64,000 nucleotides of DNA. Source: Verrucomicrobiota bacterium. Its GTDB lineage: Bacteria; Verrucomicrobiota; Verrucomicrobiia; Limisphaerales; PALSA-1396. A program made the translations under genes and the position numbers. The stretch covers positions 216,929 through 280,928 of the forward strand of contig JACQFP010000006.1 of the NCBI GenBank assembly GCA_016200005.1. Direction: 5' to 3'. The notes under the pieces were generated by a model. That model made no database searches, was not told where the DNA came from, and saw nothing but the letters and a program-made list of their open reading frames with translations. This document shows positions 9,290 through 17,306 of this stretch, one piece after another (the stretch's first letter is position 1; the number at the start of each line of letters is the position of its first letter).

Positions 9290-10222
9290 GTGACTGGCCA
9301 ACATGCTCAACCCGCAACCCTCAACTCTCAACCTCCCGGCTATCGCGGTCGCCTCGCGCCGTCGCCAACCGGCTTCTTGCATCTCGGTCACGCCCGCACC
9401 TTCTGGATTGCGCAGGCACGCGCGCGCTCCACTGGCGGCATACTGGTGTTACGCAACGAAGATATTGACGCCATGCGCTTCAAACTGGAGTTCGTCCCGG
9501 CGATGATCGAGGACCTGCGCTGGTTCGGTTTTGCGTGGCAAGAAGGGCCGGACTGCGGCGGGCCATTTGGTCCGTACAACCAAAGCCAGCGATTTCAATT
9601 CTACCGGGCCGCACTCGACAAACTACGAACCGACGGCTTCATTTACCCCTGCACCTGTTCGCGCAAAGATATTCAATCCGCTGCCCGCGCGCCGCACGCC
9701 AATGATGACGATGAACCAATCTATCCCGGCACCTGCCGCGCGCGAAAAGAGGTCAGAGGCCAGAAGTCAGATTTCGGAGTTCCGATTTCGGACCTCCGAC
9801 TTCCGACCTCCGACCTGCGCTTCAACTGGCGTTTCCGCGTCCCTGATGCCGAAACCATTTCCTTCACGGACGGCCACTACGGTCCGCAACAGTTCATCGC
9901 GGGAAACGATTTCGGCGACTTCGTTGTCTGGCGACACGATGATGTCCCTGCCTACCAACTCTCCGTCGTAGTGGACGATGCCGCCATGAAAATCACCGAA
10001 GTCGTGCGCGGCGCCGACCTGTTGAAATCCACAGCGCGCCAAATCCTCCTCTACCACGCGCTTGGTCTCCACCCACCTGCCTTTTATCATTGCCCGCTGC
10101 TGACCGATGAATCCGGTGCCCGGCTAGCCAAGCGCTACGATGCTCTCAGCCTGCGCAGACTCCGCGAGAGCGGTGGAACACCGGAATCCCTTCGCCAGCG
10201 ATGGCTTCAGTCGTTGCCTTGA
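9290..10222 (+). CDS. gluQ: glutamyl-Q tRNA(Asp) synthetase
   Basis: YRGRLAPSPTGFLHLGHARTFW (HIGH region), truncated GluRS catalytic core, 310 aa. Carries a low-complexity insert at 9750-9816. Confidence 0.8.
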   Translation: MTGQHAQPATLNSQPPGYRGRLAPSPTGFLHLGHARTFWIAQARARSTGGILVLRNEDIDAMRFKLEFVPAMIEDLRWFGFAWQEGPDCGGPFGPYNQSQRFQFYRAALDKLRTDGFIYPCTCSRKDIQSAARAPHANDDDEPIYPGTCRARKEVRGQKSDFGVPISDLRLPTSDLRFNWRFRVPDAETISFTDGHYGPQQFIAGNDFGDFVVWRHDDVPAYQLSVVVDDAAMKITEVVRGADLLKSTARQILLYHALGLHPPAFYHCPLLTDESGARLAKRYDALSLRRLRESGGTPESLRQRWLQSLP

Positions 10223-10226
10223 ATAT

Positions 10227-10424
10227 CGTAGGAGCCGAGGTAACGAGGCTCTGAGTGCTTGCACGAAAAAGCTGTTTGGTGTCCCAGCTTTAGCCGGCAA
10301 GCACGAACAACGCACGCTAAAGCCTGGACACCAAACGGTAAACTCTGCTCCCCGTCGCATTTCCGTACACGCTCTGACCATTCTATCTTCATTCAAAGTG
10401 AGCCTCGTTACCTCGGCTCCTACG
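10227..10424. repeat. 198-bp nested palindromic element (family C arms enclosing a family D hairpin)
   Basis: Perfect 25-bp inverted repeat CGTAGGAGCCGAGGTAACGAGGCTC (10227-10251) / GAGCCTCGTTACCTCGGCTCCTACG (10400-10424). Inner inverted repeat GTTTGGTGTCCCAGCTTTAGC (10274-10294) / GCTAAAGCCTGGACACCAAAC (10316-10336). Confidence 0.85.
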
Positions 10425-10471
10425 AGCGCTGGCGGCTCTGGTCACGGCTGAAACTTTTTCAAAAATCCCGC

Positions 10472-10494
10472 TTGACATCTTTACAACTGTAAAG
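10472..10494 (+). promoter_or_regulatory. candidate BlaI/CopY-type operator (TACAnnTGTA box) overlapping a TTGACA hexamer
   Basis: TTGACA at 10472-10477, followed by the perfect palindrome CTTTACAACTGTAAAG (10479-10494), 30 nt upstream of the BlaI-family repressor ATG. It matches the TACAnnTGTA cop/bla/mec box. Confidence 0.6.
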
Positions 10495-10523
10495 AACTCT
10501 CTACTTCATTAAACCATTTACCT

Positions 10524-10916
10524 ATGCCCAAGCAAACTGTTGAACTGACCGAAGCCGAATGGGCCATCATCAAGGCCGTTTGGGAACACGAACCGTGCGC
10601 CGCTCCCACCATTCAGGAGAAACTGCACAAACATAAGGAGTGGACCTACAGCACAGTTCGCACCTTGATGGACCGGATGGTTGCCAAGGGTTTGTTGACC
10701 GCGGAGAAAATCCGCAACCTGACCTTGTATCGTTCCGCGATCACCCGCGCCCAGGCGCAACGGGGTGAACTCCTTTACGCGCTGAAGCACGCCTTCAACG
10801 GCGCGCTGACACCCATGATGCAATGCCTGTTGGACAATCACGAACTCAGCGCCGATGAACTCGCCGAAATGGAAGCATTGATCAAACAGAAACGGAAGAA
10901 AGGCCGACGCAAATGA
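10524..10916 (+). CDS. BlaI/MecI/CopY family transcriptional repressor
   Basis: 130 aa. Winged-helix N-terminus EAEWAIIKAVWEHEP...TIQEKL...WTYSTVRTLMDRMVAKGLL. Paired with the downstream M56 protein. Confidence 0.85.
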   Translation: MPKQTVELTEAEWAIIKAVWEHEPCAAPTIQEKLHKHKEWTYSTVRTLMDRMVAKGLLTAEKIRNLTLYRSAITRAQAQRGELLYALKHAFNGALTPMMQCLLDNHELSADELAEMEALIKQKRKKGRRK

Positions 10917-10958
10917 CCAAGCAAGAGAACGAACGTCTTCGCGAACCCTGAAATCGAA

Positions 10959-13900
10959 ATGAACTCTTTCATAGAATTCCTAAACCTTTGGGGCGACCGG
11001 TTCATCCAGTTCGCCCTGCCGATGCTCATTCAATCAAGCCTGTTGATTGTTTTTCTGATCGCGCTCGATCTCCTCCTTCGCAAACGCGTTCGCGCCGTTT
11101 TTCGTTACGGTCTATGGATGCTGGTGCTGATCAAATTGATTCTGCCTCCTACCTTCGCTTCACCAACCGGCCTGGGCTACTGGCTGACATTGAAACAACC
11201 TGACAAACCGGTCATCGCTCCTGCACCTGTTCAGGTCACCGTCAGTTACTCTGAAGCCGAACCGATCTACATCCCTTCGATCACTCCTCTGGCCCCGCCC
11301 AAACCGACATTGGCTTGGCCGGCGATGTTTCTGCTAGGTTGGGCAAGTGTTGCGTTCGGCCTCATCGTTTGGCTGGTGTTGCGCGCTCGTTTCGTCGCAA
11401 GAATGTCGGCGCGCGCGAACGACGCTCCTGAATCGCTGCGGGAACTGTTGGAATCATGCCGTAGGCAATTGAAAATCAATCGTCCGCTTCGGCTTAAACT
11501 TTCCTTAGACGCAACCAGTCCCGCCGTTTGCGGACTGTGGCGTCCGACGATTTTGATTCCCGCCCAACTGGAGGCCAAACTGTCCGCGCTCCCGATGCGC
11601 GCCGTGTTGCTTCATGAATTGGCCCACATCAAACGCGGCGACCTCTGGGTCAACTGCGCGCAAACGTTGCTCCAGATTTTCTACTGGTACAATCCTCTGC
11701 TCTGGCTGGCCAACGCGGTCATCCGCCGCGTGCGCGAACAGGCTGTGGACGAAATGGTGATGGTGGAAATGGGACAGGAAGCCGACGCTTACCCGGCCAC
11801 CTTGCTCGAAGTCGCCAAACTTACGTTCACCCGGTCGGTGCTGAGTTTGGGACTGGTCGGCATCATGGAATCCAAGAGCGCGTTAAGGGAGCGGATTGAC
11901 CGAATTATGGATTTCCGCCCACCTCGTAAGACCGGATTGACCTTCACCTCGGCGCTGTGTGTCCTCGCGGTAGGTGCACTGGCTGTACCGATGGGTAAGG
12001 CGCCCCCACCTGTGCCGGTTGCCACGAACCTGATCCGTCGCGAGTACCGAGTTGATAAGCTAACCTTCGCCAAGAATCTCATAAAACGGGGCGGCCTCTC
12101 AGAAATCCGTATCTCTAGCGGAGACTTTGGACGTAGTCGTAACCGCAATGCCTACGATGGACCACTAGTTTCAAGCCGCCCAAATTCCCTTGAAAACCAG
12201 AAAAGCATTCAGGGCGCGCTACGTCGCGTGCTGGCGGATGCGGGTGTGGAAACGCAGCCAACCGAAATTGATATGTGGTTATTTACCAGCGGTGAGGTGT
12301 GGGTGCAAACCACTCCTGAAAAGTTGCCTGCCATAGAACGCGTCCTTGTGGAATTGAATGGTGCGCCTCTGCAGGATGGGTCTCGCCTGTTGTCGCCTGT
12401 CCCGCTACCAGGTGACTTGCCGCTAGTGACAGCTCAAAAGTCGAACGCCGTTTCCGCTCCGAATACAGAAGCGACTGCCACCGATCTCTACACTGGCACA
12501 AACATCAAGGATAAAGTCCCGGTGCTAGGAGACTTGCGTTTGTTCGGCAGATTTTTCCGCAGTGAGTCGGCAATTCAACAACTGGCGACCAATGCGCCGG
12601 CGCGAAAGGATAAGGTTCCGCTTCTGGGTGATTTGCCATTGGTCGCAACTCAAAAGACGACCACGAACTCCGCTCAATGGCCACCGGTGACCGCCAATCC
12701 GTACACGCGCACCAACTTGATTCGTACCGGCAAAGGGCGTCAGGCGATCCTTTCCAAGTTGGATCAAATCCGATTCGACGAAGTTCACTTTGAAGGTGTA
12801 CCGTTGAGCAAAGTCGTCGAAACTCTTGCCATTGAATCGAAGAATCGTGCCCCAGACAAGCGCGGGGTCAGTTTCATCATCAACCCGCACACGGACATTC
12901 AATCCACCGGAGGTATCGACCCGACGACCGGACTTCCTACAACTGTAGTTGAACAAGTGGACATCGGCTCTGTCATTATCCGTATCAACCCGCCACTGCA
13001 GGACGTGCGTCTGGCAGATGTGCTGGACGCCATCGTGAAAGTCGCGGATAAGCCGATCAAGTATTCCATCGAAGACTACGCAATCGTCTTCTCATTGAAG
13101 AAAGGCGAAGAAACTCCGCCGCTCTACACGCGCTTCTTCAGAGTGGAGACGAACACATTCTTCACCAACTTGCGCAAACAAACGGGCCTCTCGGAAACCA
13201 GCAGCTCTGAGGAGAAGCAACTAACCGTGCGGAAATTCTTTACAAATGCGGGCGTGGATTTGGAACCACCCAAGAATATCTTCCTTAACGACCGCCATGG
13301 AATGCTGATGGTTCGCGCTACTCTGCAAGACCTGGACATCGTTGAACGAGCCATGCAAACCTTAAACATCGCGCAACTGCAAATCATGATCGTGGCCAGG
13401 TTCATCGAAGTGGCGGAGAAAGCCGCCGTCGAGTTTTGGAAAACAGTCGGTGGTACGAGTATCGCAAACGGAACTCGGACGGCAGTTCTCACTTCTTCCA
13501 AAAATACTGTGGTGCTTTCGGCATTAGAGGAGTCCGGCAGCCAACTCCTAGGCGCGTCAAAGGTCACAACAATCTCAGGGATGAAGACACATATCTCTAG
13601 CGAGCAACAGACCAAGATTGAGGGGGCTCAAGTCATGGTCGGACAAAGTTGTGATCTTGTTGCAGAGGTTGCCACCAATGGATTTACGGTCAAACTGACA
13701 GCGGAAACCGAAATCAAGGATGTGCCCTTTTCAAACGGAAATCCTTCGAAGCTTGTCCACGCCCGGAAGCTGTCGGGGAAAGCTGTCTTGTACGATCATC
13801 AAACCTTGGTTCTTGGCAGTCCAACGGATGATCAGGGCCGGTCGTCGGAATCTCCCAACGACGGCAAGAAACGCCTGCTTGTGTTCCTTACACTGCATAT

Positions 13901-13985
13901 CGTTGATCCAGCCGGCAACGAGATTCATACGGGCCGCAACCTCCCGTTCCCTGCCGATCAGATTCCGCCGCAACGATTCGAATAA
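10959..13985 (+). CDS. BlaR1-like M56 metallopeptidase fused to a long secretin-related C-terminal region
   Basis: N-terminal TM helices plus HELAHIKRGD (HExxH). Three VPxLGDLxL motifs (KVPVLGDLRLFGRFFR, KVPLLGDLPLV, PLPGDLPLV). The C-terminal segment LQIMIVARFIEV...KKRLLVFLTLHIVDP resembles secretin-domain borders. Confidence 0.75.
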   Translation: MNSFIEFLNLWGDRFIQFALPMLIQSSLLIVFLIALDLLLRKRVRAVFRYGLWMLVLIKLILPPTFASPTGLGYWLTLKQPDKPVIAPAPVQVTVSYSEAEPIYIPSITPLAPPKPTLAWPAMFLLGWASVAFGLIVWLVLRARFVARMSARANDAPESLRELLESCRRQLKINRPLRLKLSLDATSPAVCGLWRPTILIPAQLEAKLSALPMRAVLLHELAHIKRGDLWVNCAQTLLQIFYWYNPLLWLANAVIRRVREQAVDEMVMVEMGQEADAYPATLLEVAKLTFTRSVLSLGLVGIMESKSALRERIDRIMDFRPPRKTGLTFTSALCVLAVGALAVPMGKAPPPVPVATNLIRREYRVDKLTFAKNLIKRGGLSEIRISSGDFGRSRNRNAYDGPLVSSRPNSLENQKSIQGALRRVLADAGVETQPTEIDMWLFTSGEVWVQTTPEKLPAIERVLVELNGAPLQDGSRLLSPVPLPGDLPLVTAQKSNAVSAPNTEATATDLYTGTNIKDKVPVLGDLRLFGRFFRSESAIQQLATNAPARKDKVPLLGDLPLVATQKTTTNSAQWPPVTANPYTRTNLIRTGKGRQAILSKLDQIRFDEVHFEGVPLSKVVETLAIESKNRAPDKRGVSFIINPHTDIQSTGGIDPTTGLPTTVVEQVDIGSVIIRINPPLQDVRLADVLDAIVKVADKPIKYSIEDYAIVFSLKKGEETPPLYTRFFRVETNTFFTNLRKQTGLSETSSSEEKQLTVRKFFTNAGVDLEPPKNIFLNDRHGMLMVRATLQDLDIVERAMQTLNIAQLQIMIVARFIEVAEKAAVEFWKTVGGTSIANGTRTAVLTSSKNTVVLSALEESGSQLLGASKVTTISGMKTHISSEQQTKIEGAQVMVGQSCDLVAEVATNGFTVKLTAETEIKDVPFSNGNPSKLVHARKLSGKAVLYDHQTLVLGSPTDDQGRSSESPNDGKKRLLVFLTLHIVDPAGNEIHTGRNLPFPADQIPPQRFE

Positions 13986-14034
13986 ACTCCCCATTCGTCA
14001 GCGGAGTCGAGGGAGTGTCCGCTGCTTCCAACTT

Positions 14035-14148
14035 TGGACTGCGGTGGCAAGCGGAGCGCGACACCGCTTTTGTTGGGTGCACTGGAAGATGCGGTAACTT
14101 CTCATCATGCGAAAGCGCCATCGCCACTACGCTCTGCTGGCGCAGTCC
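14035..14148. repeat. palindrome-bounded intergenic repeat, family F copy
   Basis: Bounded by TGGACTGCG (14035-14043) / CGCAGTCCA (14140-14148). Its internal GGCAAGCGGAGCGCGACACCGCTTTT motif is related to the arms at 32709-32809. Confidence 0.6.
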
Positions 14149-14218
14149 ATATACTCCCGTTCAAGCGCGCTCACTTACCCGCTTTCCCACTTTCCCACTT
14201 TCTCCTTTTCTCCCTTTC

Positions 14219-14615
14219 TCACCTGCTCCCCGTCCGCCCCTTCCCCGCCACCCACGCCTTCATCCGCGCTTCCAGAATGTCCATTGGCAATGCGCCGTTG
14301 CCGAGGAGTTCGTCGTAGAAGGCGCGTGTGTCAAACTGTTCGCCGAGTCCTTTTTGTATGTAAACGCGGAGTTCCTTCATTTTCAACTGGCCGATTTTGT
14401 AAACTAGCGCCTGTCCCGGCCAGACGACGTAGCGAGCCGGGCACGGTCATCCGCGTGTCGCCCGATGGCGAGCGCGTTTGGAAGAACGACTCGACCGAGG
14501 ACCTGTATTTCATTTGCGTCCAGGCCCGGGTCGGCATCATGGCGGGCAGCACAATTGAAGATGGTTTCCCCGTCGCCAATCCTGTCACCTGGCCTGCTTG
14601 AATCTGCGGCGCCAC
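14219..14615 (-). pseudogene. C-terminal relic of a DUF885-family gene (truncated, probably frameshifted)
   Basis: Minus-strand frame reads ...VVWPGQALVYKIGQLKMKELRVYIQKGLGEQFDTRAFYDELLGNGALPMDILEARMKAWV*, a good DUF885 C-terminus. An in-frame stop lies just upstream, and similarity seems to continue in another frame (SVESFFQT...). There is no room for the ~450-aa N-terminal part before the kinase gene at 14718. Confidence 0.55.
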
Positions 14616-14717
14616 GCATCGCCGCCCCGGCGCGCTTCTCTGCCGCAGGCCACGAACGGAAGATCATCGCTGCATTTCATGCCCGCGTGAATGGCGGCCA
14701 GCAGAATGTCAGTGCGC

Positions 14718-17195
14718 TCATGGCTTCAATCCGCACTTGCGAATGAGCGCCTGAAAGCGTGGGTGGGACCGGATGTCGTCAAACACCGGATCGTTGAGCA
14801 AACCGAAAAGGGATTCGTTTGCTGCAAAGGCCTCCTCCAAGTTGTCCAGCGCCCGATCGTACTCGCGCAAACCGAGATAACCCACGGCGATCAGGCCGTG
14901 CATGGCGTAGCCTTTCTGGAGCCAGGTTTCCATTTCCGCCAGTGCCCTGCGCGCGCGAGCCGGATCGCCGGCGCGGGCGCAGACGTACGCCAGCATGTCA
15001 AGCCCCACGGGACTGTCCTTTTCAAGCTCCCGCACTTTGGTCACCTCGGCAACGGCCTGCCGTGGCTGATCGTTTTTCAGGTAGAGCCAGCCCAAGGTGG
15101 CGTGCAGCATGGGAAAATTGGGAAACACCTGCACCGCCTGCTGGCATTGCGACAACGCTTCTTCGGTCTTGCGCGCGTAAACGAGAGAATAGATCAGATT
15201 GGCCTTGATGATCGGTGACAGTGGATCCAGTTCCTCTGCCCGCCGCAATTCGTGGAGCCCCTCGTCGGTGCGCCCCAATTCCCGCAACATCAAACCGTAC
15301 CAATGATGCACGGTGGCATCGTTGGCATTGATTTGGATGGCCCGCCTGAATTCCTCCTCCGCGCTTTTGAAATCGTAAGCCTGCATTCGCGTATGGGCCA
15401 GCACGCAGTGGGCTTCAACAGATTCAGCGTCCAACTCCAGCGCCTTCACCGCTGCGGCCTTGGCCAGAGGCAGATATTCTCTCTCCGGCCGGAGCGAGTA
15501 TCCGGGCAACACCGCGTACGCACTGGCTAACCCGGCGTGCGCGGCGGCGTAGGTCGGGGCTTTGTCAATCGCCTGCCGAAAGAGCTGCACGGCCTTTTCC
15601 AAATTGTCCTTGCCGCGCTCGTTCCAAAAATGCCGCCCGCGCAAGTAGAGAGTGTGGGCTTCCGGAGCAATCGCTGTCTGGTGTGATGCCGGTTGTGCCC
15701 CGCCAGCAATTTCCACCTGCAGGCGTTCCGCAATGCGGCGCGCGATATCCTCCTGCACAGCGAAGATGTCGTCCACACTGCGGTCGTAAGTTTCCGACCA
15801 CAAGTGGTAACCGTCAGCAACGTTGATCAGTTGCGCGGTGACACGCAACTGCCGGCCGGCTTTCCGCAAACTGCCTTCCAGAATCGTGGTGACGCCAAGG
15901 GCGGCGCCGACCTTGCGCAGGTCCTCCTTCCGGCCCTTGAAGGCGAAGGCGGAATTGCGCGCAACCACTTTCAGTCCGGGCAGGCGCGAAAGCGCCGTCG
16001 TGATTTCTTCCGTCAGGCCGTCACTCAAATACTCGGTGTCCTTCTCCGCGCTGAAGTTGTCGAATGGCAGGACGGCCACGGACTTTTGAGCGAGGGCGGA
16101 GACACTGGAGCTGGTCGGGGTGTCGTTATTCGCCAGTCTTGTCGAGCGCGTGCTTGCCACAAACCAGCCGGCAGCGGCGATTGCCGCGATAACCAGCACG
16201 GTCCCGAGGACCAAGCGCATTACATGACGTGCTTCATGACGGTCGGACTTTGCGGCGAGCTGCCAGAGTTTGGTCGGCTCGGCTCGCGGCTCTTTCGAGG
16301 GAGAGGTCGCCACCGGGGCGGCTGGTTCGACCCCGGGCGCAGAGGCGCGCTCGGATTCATGCCTGAGTTTGTTCAGGTCTTCAGCCAGCGCCTTGGCCGT
16401 GGCGTAACGTTTCGCCGGATCTTTCTCCAGACATTTGAATATTATGCCGTCGAGCGTCGGTGAGAACAGCGGGTTTTCGAGACCCAGTGAATCCGGTTGT
16501 TGATTGATGATCTTGTTGATGGTCTCGCCGACGGTTTTTCCGAGGAACGGCTTTTGCCCAGCCACGAGTTCGTAGAGCACAACGCCCAAGGCAAATACAT
16601 CTGAGCGCCGGTCCAGTTCCCCGCCCAGCGCCTGTTCCGGGCTCATGTAATGCGGCGTGCCAACCAAAAAGCCGGTCTGGGTATCGGCGGTGGAGAGGTT
16701 GGAAACGGCACTCGCGCCGTTCCCAAAACGCTTGGCCAGGCCGAAGTCGAGCACCTTCGCCTGTCCGCGCCGGTCGAGCATGATGTTGGCGGGCTTGATG
16801 TCACGATGCAGGAGGCCCCGGGCATGGGCGGCGTCGAGCGCGTCGGCCACTTGCGCGCCGAGCGCGAGGACTTCACGGATTTTCAGGCGACGCTGCTGCA
16901 GGACCACATCAAGCGTCTGGCCTTCGACGTATTCCATCGCCAGGAAGGGCCGGCCGTCCTCGGTCTCACCAACTTCGTGAATCACGCAAATGTTCGGGTG
17001 GTTGAGAGCAGAAGCAGCCTTGGCTTCGGTGTGGAAACGTTTTCGCTGGTTCTCATTTTTCGCCAGCTCGGCGGACATGAGTTTGAGGGCAACTGACCGT
17101 TCCAGTCGCGTATCCTCCGCGAGCAAGACCTCGCCCATGCCGCCGACCCCAAGGCGGCGCAGAATGCGATAACGGGCGATCATCTGTTCTGCCAT
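14718..17195 (-). CDS. serine/threonine protein kinase with TM segment and C-terminal TPR repeats
   Basis: GVGGMGEV, VALKLM, HRDIKPANIML, VLDFGLAK, SPEQ. Followed by a TM helix and a long TPR-like region. Confidence 0.9.
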   Translation of the reverse strand: MAEQMIARYRILRRLGVGGMGEVLLAEDTRLERSVALKLMSAELAKNENQRKRFHTEAKAASALNHPNICVIHEVGETEDGRPFLAMEYVEGQTLDVVLQQRRLKIREVLALGAQVADALDAAHARGLLHRDIKPANIMLDRRGQAKVLDFGLAKRFGNGASAVSNLSTADTQTGFLVGTPHYMSPEQALGGELDRRSDVFALGVVLYELVAGQKPFLGKTVGETINKIINQQPDSLGLENPLFSPTLDGIIFKCLEKDPAKRYATAKALAEDLNKLRHESERASAPGVEPAAPVATSPSKEPRAEPTKLWQLAAKSDRHEARHVMRLVLGTVLVIAAIAAAGWFVASTRSTRLANNDTPTSSSVSALAQKSVAVLPFDNFSAEKDTEYLSDGLTEEITTALSRLPGLKVVARNSAFAFKGRKEDLRKVGAALGVTTILEGSLRKAGRQLRVTAQLINVADGYHLWSETYDRSVDDIFAVQEDIARRIAERLQVEIAGGAQPASHQTAIAPEAHTLYLRGRHFWNERGKDNLEKAVQLFRQAIDKAPTYAAAHAGLASAYAVLPGYSLRPEREYLPLAKAAAVKALELDAESVEAHCVLAHTRMQAYDFKSAEEEFRRAIQINANDATVHHWYGLMLRELGRTDEGLHELRRAEELDPLSPIIKANLIYSLVYARKTEEALSQCQQAVQVFPNFPMLHATLGWLYLKNDQPRQAVAEVTKVRELEKDSPVGLDMLAYVCARAGDPARARRALAEMETWLQKGYAMHGLIAVGYLGLREYDRALDNLEEAFAANESLFGLLNDPVFDDIRSHPRFQALIRKCGLKP

Positions 17196-17306
17196 GGCCC
17201 GAAGATAGGAAACAGAAGGGACGAATTCAAGACGATTAGGCGGGCGGGCTTGGCTGAGGTCGCGATGTTTTTGACACGAGGAGATTCCACGTAATAGGCT
17301 GGCGGA

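Noticed and set aside
17271-17297. Sigma-70-like promoter TTGACA-N15-TAATAG upstream of the 17307 gene
   Set aside because: The spacer is short and promoter consensus in this lineage is unknown to me, so the support is too weak to list as a feature.
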